The notes under the pieces were generated by a model. That model saw only the letters and a program-made list of their open reading frames with translations. It made no database searches and was not told the origin of the DNA. This document shows positions 26,550 to 40,758 of a stretch of DNA of 64,000 bases, piece after piece. The stretch covers positions 84,010,001 to 84,074,000 of the forward strand of contig OX597825.1 in the NCBI GenBank assembly GCA_951406725.2. Direction: 5' to 3'. This DNA comes from Octopus vulgaris (lineage: Eukaryota). Position 1 is the stretch's first letter. Every line of letters starts with the position of its first letter. A program made the translations under genes and the position numbers.

Positions 26550-29076
26550 GAAGACTAAGTTGAAAAGATTTTTTGAAAATTCCAAAAACTAAAAAAGTTA
26601 TGACTGGTTATAGGGGTGCTTAAACTAGAATTCCGCCGGCACACAACCGCAGACATTTGGGGCATAACTACAGTTTGATGCCCCAATCCGTCTCCAAATT
26701 TATTTTCTCATAACTTTCTGAAAAATATATATTCGTAAATAAAATTTCCCGACCACATTTCCTATATGCTTTGTACCCAACTTTTCACGTTTCTTCTCCC
26801 ATTCAATTTTTAGTTCGTTATGATATGTGGTTTGTGCCTGATGAATATATGGTTGAGTATCTCTCAACATATGAAACTATTAGCAGCACTTAAAAACATG
26901 TATTGTGTCCTTCAAATAAGTAATATTAATCTCTCACCAGATGGAGTACTTTTTTAGTTGAGCTTCCCATCACAGTACATTTCATTATGTGTGTGTGTGT
27001 GTGTATGTGTGTGCGTGTGTGTGTGTGTGTGTGTACGTGCGTGTGTAATTGTTCATTATTGGAGCATAATGTAAACATCCTAATTTCTTTATACATCATT
27101 TAACTCTTTGATATTACACATAATTAGACAAGATCATTAATAGCAGAATTAACTGTCATCCTGGTTTTAATTAGGTTTAAATTACCAAAATTTTATTTGG
27201 CTTTATTTGGAAACATTCACAGTTACAAACAACTGCTGACTTGTCTCTCTCTGCCTTTCATTGGTTTGGAATTACCTTGTCTCTTTTGATCAGTGTTTAT
27301 CCCTTTATCCTGATTTTCAATACCTGTCTGTCTGTCAATCTATCTGTCCATTTAAGGCGGCGAGCTGACAAACGTTAGCATGCAGGGCGAAATGCTTGGC
27401 AGTATTTTATTTGCCTTTACATCTTGGTTTCAAATTCTGCTGACGTCAACTTTGCCTTTCATCCTTTCGGGGTTGATAAATTAAGTACCAGTTGCATACT
27501 GGGGGTCGATCTAATTGACTGGCCACCTTCCCAAAACTTTCAGGCCTTGTGCCTAAAATAGAAAAGAATTCATCTATCTATTTATCTCTCTCTCTCTCTC
27601 TCTTTCTCTCCCACTCTTGCTCTCTCTCTCTCTCACAATATATATGTGTGTATGTATGTATATATACATACATGCATTTGTAAATATATGGATTTGTGTA
27701 TGTGTAAACAAAGTGAGGGAGTGACATGAAAAGACAGGCAAAAAGGAACAAGAGACGAATTCTTGCAGACAAAATGTAAGTTATTAATCAGCCTTTCTTA
27801 AATCATTAATTATTTTGAATCTTTTCCTTTGTTATATCAGAGCTACCAAAAAGTAATGTTGCCTTTTGAGTAATGAGTTCAAATTATCATAATTCATATC
27901 GTAAATATATTTATTCCTTCAAAATATAATTGCCATCATAAGGAATAGCATTTTTACCATTTCTAAACCAGTTTTTCTGATTTCTCAGGCAAAAATTTAG
28001 GTTCTTTAGAAGAGAAAATGTCTACGGTGTTTCAAAACTGTCTCTGCTTTTGAATGGTTTTCCACTGGTAAAATGTCCAAGTGATCTAAATAAGTAAACA
28101 TCAGATGGCACTAGGTCTGGTGATTAGAGAGGGTGAGACAGAGCTTCCTCACCCAATGAGTTTATCCATTTAAAAAAAAATTTTAGCTTATCTTCACTGA
28201 ATGCGACTATGCATTATGTTGTAGAATTCAAATTCCGCCAAGCTTGACTTTACTTTTTATCTTTTAGGGGTTGATAGAACAAGTACCAGTCAAGTAGTGG
28301 GGTCGATGTAATTGACTAGTCATTCCCCTCAAAAACAACTGGCCCTGTGCCAAAATTTGAAATTATTTATCATGTTGCAGTATGAGTTCCTCTCCCTTGA
28401 CAGGATCTGATTATTGTTTTGAGCAAAAGTTGATAGACACATTCAAGTTGTTGGCAAAATAGAATTCTGTGGTGATACTTTTCCCTTTTTCCAATAATTC
28501 AAAGTGAGCAATGTCTATTGTATTCCACTAAATGCCCTGCAAAATCTTCTTTGGATGTTGGAACTGGAATTCATTTGACAATAGCCAGTGCTTCTTAGAC
28601 ATTTTATTGGCATATCTCTCTTTTACTCTCTTTTACTCTCTTGTACTTGTTTCAGTCATTTGACTGCGGCCATGCTGGAGCACCGCCTTTAATCGAGCAA
28701 CTCGACCCCGGGACTTATTCTTTTGTAAGCCCAGTACTTATTTTATCGGTCTCTTTTGCCAAAGCACTAAGTAACGGGGACATAAACACACCAGCATCGG
28801 TTGTCAAGCAATGCTAGGGGGTCAAATACAGGCACACAAACATACACGCACATACATATATATACATATATACAACAGGCTTCTTTCAGTTTCCGTCTAC
28901 CAAATCCACTCACAAGGCATTAGTCGGCCCGAGGCTATAGTAGAAGACACTTGCCCAAAGTGCCACGCAGTGGGACTGAACCCAGAACCATGTGGTTGGT
29001 AAGCAAGCTACTTACCACACAGCCACTCCTGTGCTTTGTTCAATATTTTCCATGCATGTCAATCCATTAATCTTAA

Positions 29077-29295
29077 CCCTTTCGTTACCAGCCTGGCTGA
29101 AACCACCTCTGGCTCTGTAGTACAAATGTCTTGTTTTCGTAAGTTTTGAATTAAAATCGTCCACCAAAACTTAGTCACAATTAATGTTCCTTACACTAGA
29201 TGAACGATAACTAAGTTATTTTACTAAATTTTTTGGTATATTTAAGGTAATTGAAAGAAACACAAAGTATTATTTCAAATAAATACACAAAAGGG
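29077..29295. mobile_element. piggyBac-type MITE with TTAA TSD
   Basis: TTAA-ccctttcgt ... acaaaaggg-TTAA. Confidence 0.65.
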
Positions 29296-29462
29296 TTAAC
29301 ACATTTTTTTTCTCCCCTCCATTCTATTCCTCTCATCCCTCCCTGATGAAGTGTGTAGGCTCAAAACCCTAAAGTCTTTTCCATTTTTCCCAAGTGTCAA
29401 ACATCTGCTTGTTGTTCCCTCACCTGTCTGGCTTTTGTTTTCTGTACATTTGAACCATCTGT

Positions 29463-29497
<35 letters not shown>

Positions 29498-30459
29498 CAT
29501 GTTTCTCCCATTCGTAGCTTAGCCTCAACAGACATATCCCTGCTGTATTCCTGTAAACTATTTTATTTTCTAAAATTACTTCTCATCTGATGATTAGTCT
29601 TTTATAATGATGGAATGTTCTCATTCTTCTATTAAAAATTATGTAAGAAACAGCTGTAATGAGCTGCCAATTAACCAGCATTTGATATATATATATATAT
29701 AAGCGCTGAGTGCCGGCGGCAAGCGCCGAGTGCTGGTGGCACATAAGAGAACCATCTGAACATGGCCGTAGCCAGCGCTGCATCGACTGGCCTCCATGCC
29801 GGTGGCATGTAACAAACACCATCCGATCGTGGCCATTGCCAGCCTTGCCTGGCCTCCGTGCTGGTGGCACGTAAAAAGCACCAACCAATTGTGGCCGCTG
29901 CCAGCCTCGTCTGGCACCTGTGTCGGTGGCACGTAAAAAGCACCCACTACACTCACGGAGTGGTTGGCATTAGGAAGGGCATCCAGCTGTAGAAACATTG
30001 CCAGATCAGACTGGGCCTAGTGCAGTCTTCTGGCTTCCCAGACTCCAGTTGAACTGTCCAACCCATGCTAGCATGGAAAGCGGACTTTAAACGATGATGA
30101 TGATGATGATGATATATATATATATATATGTATATATATTCCTTTATTTCCTTTATTTCTTTACTTGCTTCAGTCATGATGGTACACTAAGCTATGTACC
30201 ATCACGGTCATACTTACTTCTCATACAGATATTCATTTAGTCAAATTGAAGCTTCTCCCCTTTTCTATTCTGAGATTTTCCATTCAAAACAACTCACTGC
30301 TGAGTTATATAGTTACATAATATTTCTTAAGCTGTTACGGGCCTTGATGCTGATTCACAGGGGCAAGAGCCATTACTGTGTTGACCCCAGAACTATTTAG
30401 CTGACTCGGGAAGTTTCACAAATTCACACACACACACACACACACACGCACACACACAT

Positions 30460-30513
<54 letters not shown>

Positions 30514-31287
30514 GCACACACACACTTTCACAAATTTAATTGCTGAGATCATCAATTAGATAACGAGTTCACCAAAAATGAACAAACATCATTTCGTTTG
30601 CTCGAAAGGAAAAATTGGGAAGATACAAACGAAAGGGAAGGCTATCATTGTTCAACGATGCAAGGAAATAACCCAAGGCTGTCACCCTAGTACAACCCGA
30701 CATTTGACATCAGTGCCATGTTTCATACAGGATGTTTCTCGTATATCAAAATTGCCAATTATCTTTAATTGAGGTAATTTGGATGCATAAATAGAAAGAG
30801 AAAGAGAGGGGATGAGATAGAGACAGGGTTAGTGAAGTATCTTGTTCAAGGACGTTCCTGCAATGGGATATAGAACGTTAGCACGCCGGGTGAAATGCTT
30901 TTCAGTATTTCGTCTGTCTTTACGTTCTGAGTTCAAATTCTGCCGAGGCCGACTTTGCCTTTCATCCTTTCAGGGTCGATTAAATAATTACCAGTTACGC
31001 ACTGGGGTCAATATAATCAACTTAATCCGTTTGTCTGTCCTTGTTTGTCCTCTCTGTGTTTAGCCCCTTGTGGGTAGTAAAGAAATAGGATACAGACCAT
31101 ATACCATGTGCTGGGAATCAAATATCAAATGTTCTATTGTGAATACAGTTTTTTCTATTTTAAGGCAGCTTGGGTTCAATCCCTCCGTGCAGCACTTTGG
31201 GCAAATGCTTTCTACTAAAGCCCAGGCTGCATCCTCTGCTGAAGAGGATTGGCCAACAAGAGACCTGTGCCAGTGCCATGTAATTAG

Positions 31288-31830
31288 CGCTTAGCAAAAT
31301 TGCTTCATCACATACCGAAATTTAGAAATAGCAGTTATATACTATTTTACTACCTTATCTCCCAGAAAGCAATACTCTCAACACACACAGGCAAAGAGAA
31401 AAAAAATAACGAATCCACCCAGCTTTGATTAAGACAGACGTTCTGAGTTCAAATTCCGCCGAGGTCGACGTTGTCTTTCATCATTTTGGGGTCGATAAAT
31501 TAAGTACCAGTTACGCACTGGGGTCGATATAATCGACTTAATCTGTTTGTCTGTCCTTGTTTGTCCCCTCTGTGTTTAGCCCCTTGTGGGCAGTAAAGAA
31601 ATATATATATGCGTTTCTGGATTAAAGATATGTAAAATAAAGTATGAGTTATTTTACATATCTTTAATCCAGAAACGTGTATATAGTTAATCAACGCTGG
31701 GTGGATTTGTTATTTTTTTATCTTTGCCTGAATGTGTTGAGAGTATTGCTGTTTGGGAGATATGGTAGTAAAATAGGATTCAACTGCTTTTCTAAATTTT
31801 GGTATGTGGTGAAGCAATTTTGCTAAGCCC
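31288..31830. mobile_element. Foldback (palindromic) element interrupted by a SINE at about 31432-31601
   Basis: 31289-31431 is the diverged reverse complement of 31687-31829; inner palindrome at 31608-31684. Confidence 0.75.
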
Positions 31831-32724
31831 TAATTATAATTATGTTTATAATTATAATAATTTTTGCACATATATATATACACAGGTGCAGGAGTGGCTA
31901 TGTGGTAAGTAGCTTGCTTACCAACCACATGGTTCTGGGTTCAGTCAAACTGCGTGGAACCTTGGGCAAGTGTCTTCTACTATTGCCTTGTGAGTGGATT
32001 TGGTACACGGAAACTGAAAGTTGCTTATTTGAATCATTGCCTCCATATCTGCTCACTTTGATTCCCCTTATAGCCATAACCCTGCTGACTTGATCCTCGG
32101 TGACAATATCAGAGTGTAAGTTCAAGTCATTTGAGCACTTCCAAGTGTTTTCTATGTTGACATTTTCTCAATCTTATGCATTGACTCTCTTTCTCTTTTC
32201 ACACACACACACAAGCATATTCGTTTTTGGAATGGTGAAACTCAAAACAGACAAAATATTGGCTTAAAAAAACCTTTGGATTGAAAAATTTGAAGGTTGC
32301 CTGTGGGACAAAACAACATCTTCTGAGTACATACATCAATCATTCAGGTATTAATGATTTCATCATTACTGTGAAGTATATTGCAATAACTGAGAAGCAG
32401 TTATATTACTTAAACATTTTTTTAAAATCCTCAGATTTCCTCTGAACATTCAATTCTGTATTTTCCCCCCACCATAAACTCTGAATTATTTGATGTACCA
32501 AGAATTATAAAACATCAAAAGACTATATCTTATTTTTTTCCTTTGCAGTTTGTAAATACAGCTAAATGGATGAAAGTAAAGCAATTAATAATACCTGTCT
32601 TTAAGAACATTTGATGTAGAAATTCTAATCAACTTTGTTTAGCCTCAGCCAAGATCTCAAAAAATAGAAATAAAAGGAAAACCATTATTTGTCAAGAATA
32701 CCTAATTCATTTCTATTTACTACC

Positions 32725-32779
32725 ATGTTGGTTCTTTCCTTTTGGAGTATTTTATTCTTCACCTTTCCTCATTTTACAG
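32725..32779 (+). CDS. Uncharacterised type I membrane protein, exon 1: signal peptide MLVLSFWSILFFTFPHFT
   Basis: accATG start, hydrophobic peptide, strong donor CAG|gtaagt, phase 1 matching the next exon. Confidence 0.7.
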
Positions 32780-33189
32780 GTAAGTCCTCTTTGTTATTTA
32801 TTCCTTTGTGCAATCATTGTGTCTGGCTGTGAATGGTCAAGGAGTTTGTCTTCAGGTCAGTTTCCACTGTATGTCACTTTGGATTAGTTAGTGTCTTGTA
32901 CAATAGTGACATGTCGACCAAAGTCTATGGAGTAGAATTTGATTGTTGGGGATCCTGTGGAAGTATTTCTGTTCCTGTTCTTGCGGGGTTGACTTCATCC
33001 ATTGCTTGGTTTAATTACTTGAGATTGTACCTAGTTGTATGAAACAAATCTACTCTTTTAAAGTGGTCCAAATTAAAACCCTCAGTCAAAATTTCATGTT
33101 AAATTTTGTTCTAAATAACAGTTTTTATAATGACAATGTTATTTTACCAAATTCTTCATTATTTTCTGCAAGGCATGGAAAATGAAAAG

Positions 33190-34060
33190 AGGTTTACCTA
33201 CCTTCCTCTCTCATCGACCCCTATCAAGCAGTAATCTCTCCGGCAATCCTGCCCTACCCCTGTCACCCAGTATAAGCAGCTGCTATCTGACCAACCAGGA
33301 AGTGAATCCCCTGACGTCCGTTCACGATGCCTCTGGTGGGCAAAAAGAGCCTGATGCTCGCCTCTTTCCCCCTACTTCCCTTCTCATGCTTCCTCTTCCG
33401 GTCAGTTCCTTGACCATTGACATCATGACACTTTTCTTCTGGCTCATCTCCAAATGCTCCACTGATCTCAACGATCACTTCTTCACTTCACTCCATGTCG
33501 AAATCTACCACCCACGTGATGCCATCCTTGACCACAACTACAACCTTGCACGTTGTGATCTTCTTAAGCTGGGAACCTCATTCTCTTCCTCTTCACCACA
33601 GTCATCATCTGACGGAGCGACAATCCTACGAACATCTAAGACATGATGTTGAATTCCATCCACAGAACTGTTGTTTTTGGAATTGACAGCCATCCCTATT
33701 CTTCTGTTCCACTGAGTTGAGCCTTTGGTGGCTTCACCCAGACTTCATCTCCCACCTCCACAAAGATGGGTCCCCACTCTTCTACAGGGCATCTTGATGG
33801 TTTACTTGGATGCCACCATTCATATTTGAATATCATTCTATGTGGCACGGACTCTTTGCCCTGACCTGATTGGAGCAGCATGTTGTACCAGAATACTGCT
33901 TTCAGCGGTGATATGTGTGTCCTCTCCACTATGGCCTTGATCATGCAAGAGCCTGACACTCACCTCTCTCGCTCCACTTCTCCTTTCGCACTTCCTCTTC
34001 CGGTCAGTTCCTTGACCATTGACGTCATGACCCTCTTCGTCTAGCTCTTCCCACATTTTC
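33190..34060 (-). mobile_element. Gypsy-like LTR retrotransposon integrase C-terminal remnant with an internal ~110-bp duplication (33345-33450 vs 33946-34050)
   Basis: AVFWYN...VEVGDEVWVKPP and VNSKNNSSVDGIQHHVLDVRR; the duplicated block is directly visible. Confidence 0.6.
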
Positions 34061-34445
34061 CAACTTCATTGATGAAGGCACAGTATTTCAACATTGTGCT
34101 AACATTTCTGTCAGCTTGCTGCCTTCCCTAACATTAACATTAACCACTCAATCATGAAATATGAGTGGATATTGCAAAAAAAAAAAAAATCATAATTAGA
34201 TAATGATACAATCAGATTTATTCTTGATTCATAAAGGAAACAAGTAAAAATAAAGCATTTTTTTCTTGAGTGAAAACGTAGGAAGAATTCAGGTTTACAT
34301 GGTTATTCAGATTTTCATGCTATTTTCAAAACCAATTCCAGTGTTTCATGTGAGTTTTCTCACTGTATTCATTCACATTGAAAAATGTTTGGATTTTTGA
34401 AAAAATATATCAGTAATGTCTTTTCTTTCTCAATTTATTTGCCAG

Positions 34446-34639
34446 ATGCCCAGAACACAACGTGGAACGTAGAAATTTGTTTCTTTGAGGCATATTACTA
34501 CTCAGCCGCAGTCACTTTGAACAATGAATCGAAAACCACAAGAAGTTTAGGGTTGCAAAAATGCTTCAACAATAATTTTGAATTAAACAGTAGAGAAAAG
34601 CCAAGTTCTATTGAAGTTAACGAGCATACTGGTTATAAG
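34446..34639 (+). CDS. Membrane protein exon 2 (repeat 1 long exon, DAQNTTWNVEICFF...EHTGYK)
   Basis: AG/GT bounded, 194 nt, phase 1-0, open frame. Confidence 0.75.
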
Positions 34640-35317
34640 GTAATTAAATCAAAATATATATACACTCACTAGCAAACATACACAAACACAAATATGCAAA
34701 CATACAAAGGGCATAAATTTTGGGTGTGCTAGCTGTGTGCCCACACACACTGAAATTGACAAATTCATTAGAATTACTCAATTTAATTACAAATCATCAT
34801 CATCATTTAATGTCCACTCTCCCTGCTGGCATGGGTTAGACGGTTTGATTGGAGTTGATGGACTGGAGAGCTGCACCAGGCTGCAATCTGATTTCGCTTG
34901 GTTTCTGCAGCTGGATGCCCTTCCTAATGCCAACCATTCCAGGAGTGCAATGGGCGCTTTTCCGTGCCACCGACACTGGCAGCAACCAGGACTATGATTC
35001 CCAAATAGGTACTGTCTACATGGCACTAGTAGCAACCCCGATAATTCATTGGTGCCATTTGCATGGCATTGGCAAAGACTACGACCAACGACCATGATTT
35101 CCAAGGGACCAATTTACCTGGCACCATTGATGACCACAACTCTGATGCCCAAGTATCATTTACATGATACCATCCTTGACCACAACGACAACCAGCAGCA
35201 AACAACCATGACTATGGTTCAAAGATGCCATTTATATGGCACCAGCAACGACCATGACACATGGGTGTCATTTCCATAAAACTGGCACAGCCACAACTAC
35301 AACCTTAACGGAAAGCA

Positions 35318-35463
35318 TTTGTTATAACCCTTTTGTTATAACCTTTTGTTACAACCCTTTTATTATAACCCCTTTTGTTATAACCTTTGTTACAACCTTT
35401 CTTAATAACCTTTTCTTATAACCCTTTTGTTACAACCCTTTTGTTATAACCCCTTTTGTTATA
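35318..35463. repeat. TTGTTATAACCC-type minisatellite
   Basis: About ten imperfect 13-15-bp units. Confidence 0.85.
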
Positions 35464-36269
35464 CATCATCATCGTTTAACGTCCGTTTTCCGCGCTAGCA
35501 CGGGTTCCCTACTTGAAACTACACCAGACTCCATTGTCTATTTTGGTGTGGTTTCTATGGCTGGATGCCATTCCTAATGCTAACCACTTTTGAATATGTG
35601 AGGTTGCCAAGTAAGTTTTAAGACAGGAAACGACAAGAAAAAAGGGAAATCTCTCAAAGAAGTGGGGACAAAATTTAAGTGGGTGGACTTTGCCTTTCAT
35701 TCTTATTTATTCTTATTTATTATCTGTTTTATAAAAGAGGTTTTGTTATTTCCCATGATACTTAAGGCAGGGAGCTGACAGAATCATTGCCACACTAAAG
35801 GTGGTGAACTGGCAGAAAGGTTAACACAACGGGCGAATTGCTTAGCAGTATTTTGTCTGTCTTTATGTTCTGAGTTCAAATTCTGCCGAGATCAACTTTG
35901 CCTTTCATCCTTTTGGGGGTCAATAAATTAAGTACCAGTTGCATACTGGGGGGTCGAACTAATTAACTGGCCCCCCTCCCCCAAAACTTCGGACCATGTA
36001 CCTAGAGGAGAAAAGAATATTTAAGTGGGTGGAGAGGTGATTTTATGCGAGGGACAAGCAAAGATAGAGGTGTCTTGCTGTGGTGAAGATGCCTGGCTAC
36101 CCCACATTTATATAAGAGAGGATGAGAGTAGCAAGGAAAAGATAAGCTGGTAATGGTGTGGTACCAGAGAAAAACACTCAAGAAGCATCATCATCATCAT
36201 CATCATCACAATCAAACTATTTTACACATTGCACTGTTGCTAATTTTCGCTGAATAATTTCTATTTTAG

Positions 36270-36354
36270 GCAGTTGTTCAAAATAAAGATCTTCAAGAAA
36301 TGTATGCTTTAGAGTGCCCGTCACAATGCCATGGGAACCAAAAGTTAGAAAAAT
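36270..36354 (+). CDS. Membrane protein exon 3 (short exon copy A, AVVQNKDLQEMYALECPSQCHGNQKLEK)
   Basis: 85 nt, phase 0-1, tttag acceptor and gtaag donor. Confidence 0.75.
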
Positions 36355-36439
36355 GTAAGCTTTTTGCTTTAGAACTGTTCTTTATTTTTTTTCTTTTTTG
36401 CTTTTCTATCTCTTTTAAATTCCTTAAGGAATACTCTTA

Positions 36440-36475
<36 letters not shown>

Positions 36476-36972
36476 CATAATAATTGTAAGATTACTTTGC
36501 TCAACTGCTAAGATCAATTTTATGAGACCAGACTTTATTGTTGCTATTCAATCCCTTGGAAAGACACATTATTCTACATTTAGAGGTTCAATTCACAGTT
36601 GTGCTGTCAGCAATTAGAAACAAAATCAAACGTAAAGTCAATATCTCCAATCAATCACGAATCATTATGGAAATTTGCAACAACTCTTTCGACTAATGTT
36701 CAATATAAAAATTATATTTTCTAAAATGGCTTAAGCAGTAATGTTGTTTTGATTTTAAGAATTTGGAAAAATATTTTAAGGGTTGATGTACTGAATAATC
36801 GATGCAAAAGAATTCTTAATTAATTGGAATTTCATGTTTTGATGGAGAAAGCAAGAAATGTCTCATTGCAATTGTTAATGATTATCAAGCAATTATACAA
36901 TTATCCTTTTAAGTTTATCAATTTTGAAATTTTGCTGTCATTGATGTCAAGTTTTTTTCTATTAATTTCTAG

Positions 36973-37163
36973 GGACACACTGGAACCTTGAAGTTATACA
37001 TAGTGAGATAAATGACAGTTATGACTATTCGTTTGAGATAAGGCCTTATGGTGAAGAGAATATAGTGTTTAAAACAAATTCTAGGACATCAAACACATCA
37101 TTGTTTCTGCCTACGGAAATGAATAGAAAGTCCAGAATAGGAAAATTTTGGCCAGAAAAGATT
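36973..37163 (+). CDS. Membrane protein exon 4 (long exon copy A, WTHWNLEVIHSEINDSYDY...WPEKI)
   Basis: 191 nt, phase 1-0, ctag acceptor and gtgagt donor. Confidence 0.72.
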
Positions 37164-38296
37164 GTGAGTAAACCCTTTATTTTATTTATATATTCTTTTC
37201 TTTTTTTTTTTCCTGTTAGAAAGGAATACAACTGGTTGATTCAACTTCAATTTATTACTTGTTTCCAGGATTTCTAGATTTGAGAAAATACAGTAAGATA
37301 TATACATGCATGCACATATATGAATCAGAGAAAGGTACAAGGGAGATAAATGAAGAGGAAAAGAAATGTGAGAAAGAGGGAGCAAGAAAAATAAAAGAAG
37401 AAAGAAAGAAGAAAGCCCGAGGGGGACTAAACAAAGAGTAAAAGAGTCACGTGGAATTTAGATACATACTTACTCACAAAGTGAGCAAAAGGGTTCATAC
37501 ACCACTCTATGTATATATAGATCCAAAAATATGGAACAAGACTGCAACAGATGACAACAAAACATCTGGACAGATAAATGATTCAAAGACAGACAGGAAC
37601 ACAACAAAAAGATGGACAGGTAAAAACAAGGATGGGGTCATTTGCAGTCTTCTCTCATCAGTCAAGTTTCCAAATCATCCTTACAGTTTTGGCTGGTTAC
37701 ACTTGAGACTGTTCAAATCTGGTTGTCCCCAAAAATCTAAGCTAAGAGTATTAAATTTTGGGGGAGAAAACAAGCAAATGTGTACAACAACAAAAACAAA
37801 AAAAAACAGAAAAACAGAGAGAATGTTATACAATTACATATACAAGCAACAAGATGAATCATATTGAGCTGGTGTGTGTAGAGTGAAAGCCTTGAGGCAG
37901 GAACATCTCTCAGCATGCAAGTTATGCCTAAAAGAGGCATTCCACATATCAAAACATAACCCTTCAATACTACTAAATAAGTATAATGAGGCCCTAGGTA
38001 CATGCAACCACCACTGTTTTCATACCTTCAAATTTTTCCACAGATCTAATTGCAACCTAAATCACTACACAGTGCATATACCGAATACCCCTTAGGCAAC
38101 CTCCAGCATCCTTATTTGACTTTCCAATTTCTTAATTTTTTTAATTGTTTAATAATATATATATATTATAAATATATATATGATGATGATGATGTTCATC
38201 CTCCTTCCCATCATCATCATCATCATCATCATCATCACAATCAAACTATTTTATAAATTGCACTGTTGCTAACTTTGTTGAATAATTCTATTTCAG

Positions 38297-38381
38297 GTAT
38301 TTGCTCAAAATGAAGATCTTCAAGAAATGTATGCTGTTGAGGGCCTGTCAGGCTGTTCTGGAAACCAGAAATTTGAAGAAT
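38297..38381 (+). CDS. Membrane protein exon 5 (short exon copy B, VFAQNEDLQEMYAVEGLSGCSGNQKFEE); donor is GC, not GT
   Basis: Paralogous to 36270-36354, same length, open frame. Donor reads gcaaga, so it may be a GC-AG intron or a skipped exon. Confidence 0.5.
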
Positions 38382-38522
38382 GCAAGACTTTTGCTTTATT
38401 CTTTATTCTTCTCCTTTTTTACTTTGTTTTCTCTCTTAACCTCCTTAAGTAATACCCATAACACACACATGCACTCACACACACACACACACAAACACAC
38501 ACACGCACATACACAGACACAT

Positions 38523-38598
<76 letters not shown>

Positions 38599-38851
38599 CA
38601 AATATCTTACAGATATCTTTCTATTTCTATCTACCAAATCCACTCAGAAGATTCTGGTCAGTGTAGAGTTATAGTAGAAGACACTTGCCTAAGGTTACTG
38701 AGTACTGGGACTGAACCTGAAAGCACTTGGATACAAGTCAAACTTTTTAACCCCTCAGCCACACCTGGGTATTTTTAATGTTTATACATTAAAAATAGAG
38801 AGCAGGGAGTATTGAAAGAGTATTAGGAACAGAAAAAGGATATTTAAAATA

Positions 38852-39144
38852 CCGTAAATCCTCGAGTATATAACAGTAATAACAGTAATAGCATTTAGTA
38901 AATGTTGCTTACTGCAAGTTATGGATGATTCTTTTATGACTTCATTGCTTTCAGGCTTAGCTTAAGGTATTTTCGTGCCTGACATCACAAAATACATCTG
39001 AATAAACATTGCCGGACAGCAAATAGAGACTCGGACATTGCTTAGAAAATAATTTTCATTTTTAACCTCGTATATAGTACGCATTAGGGATTTTGACCTT
39101 TAAACTTTGAGGAAAAAATGCAGATTGTACTCGAGGATTTACGG
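38852..39144. mobile_element. Tc1/pogo-like MITE with TA TSD
   Basis: TA-ccgtaaatcctcgagta ... tactcgaggatttacgg-TA. Confidence 0.8.
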
Positions 39145-39777
39145 TAGCTTGAAAATCACTGCTTAGTGCATTTGGTACCAAACTACCAGAGATAGTATGT
39201 GTACAATTTACACATATGACTATTTAAAGTTTTTAGATCTTCTCATGCCATTGTTTGCTATATAGACGAATAAATAAATCTCTCTTTTACTCTCTTTTAC
39301 TTATTTCAGTCATTTGACTGCGGCCATGCTGGAGCACCGCCTTTAATCAAGCAACTCGACCCCGGGACTTATTCTTTTGTAAGCCCAGTACTTATTCTAT
39401 CGGTCTCTTTTGCCGAACCGCTAAGTAACGGGGACATAAACACACCAGCATCGGTTGTCCAGAGACCTTCGAAGACCGAAGTGGAGAAGGGTTCATTGCC
39501 AACGGCAGTCGAGCACGGGTCAGTCGGTCCTAAGAAGTGGGCGAAAGCTTCCACGAAAGGCGCCGGATCCATTAGAGTTGAAATCTAAAAAGAGTTTAAA
39601 TGAAAAGAAGTGTAATAAATCTATGATGGAAGAGCAGAGAAAATAAATGTCTTTTTGATCATATGTTGATAGTTTCATTCTAAATATCTCTCATTATAAT
39701 CACAATTATCCATATAAGTTTATTAATTTTGAAATTTTGCTGTCATTGATGTCAAGTTTTTTTCTATTATTTTCTAG

Positions 39778-39983
39778 GGACACACTGGAACCTTAAAGTT
39801 ATACATAGAGAGATAAACGACAGTTATGACTATTCCATTGAGATAAGGCCTTATGGTGAAAAGAATATAATGTTTAAAACAAATTCTACGACATCAAACA
39901 CATCATTGTTTCTACCCACGAAAAGGAACAGAAAGTCCAGAATAGAGTTATTAACCACAGGAAAATCTTGTCCGGAAAAGATT
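39778..39983 (+). CDS. Membrane protein exon 6 (long exon copy B, WTHWNLKVIHREINDSYDY...ELLTTGKSCPEKI)
   Basis: 206 nt, phase 1-0; paralogous to 36973-37163 with 15 extra nt. Confidence 0.75.
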
Positions 39984-40144
39984 GTGAGTAAACCCTTTAT
40001 TTTTATTTATATATTATTTTCTTCTATTTTTTTTTTCCAGTTACAAAGGAATACAACTGGCTGATTCAACTTCAGTTTATATTTTGTTTCCAGGGTTTCT
40101 AGATTTGAGAAAATACAGTAAGATATATACATGTATGCACACAT

Positions 40145-40179
<35 letters not shown>

Positions 40180-40758
40180 TTAACGTCCGCTTTCCATGCT
40201 GGCATGGGTTGGACAATTTGACTGAGGGCTGGTGAACCAGATGGCCACACCAGGCTCCAATCTTGATCTGGCAGAGTTTTTACTGCTGGATGCCCTTCCT
40301 AATGCCAACCACTCCGAGAGTGTAGTGGGTGCTTTTTACGTGCCACCAGCATGGAGGCCAGTCAGGCAGTACTGGCAATGACCTCGCTTGAATCTTTTTA
40401 CGCATGCCACCGGCACAGGTGCCAGTAAGGCGACACTGGTAACAATCACGCTTGAATGGTACCCTTTTATGTGCCACCGGCATGGAAGCCAGTGAGCTGC
40501 TCTGGCAACGATTACGCTCGGATGGTGCTCTCTGGCAACGATCACACTCGGATGGTGTTCTTGAGCCCCTGTAAAGATGGTTTTTTTTCAATATTTGAGA
40601 AAACATTTCAGTTCAAGTAGAGGTGAAATTGCTGAGTAGATGGATAAGTCAGGTATTTCTCATCTGTTTAATTACTGGATTCAGAACAAAACAACACCTG
40701 TCTAAACCAATGTCAGATAACACAATTTTTTTTTTCTTTTTTTTTTCTTTTACTTTAG

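Noticed and set aside
27950-28620. Very decayed mariner-like sequence on the minus strand
   Set aside because: Only faint resemblance; boundaries and motifs are not supportable by eye.
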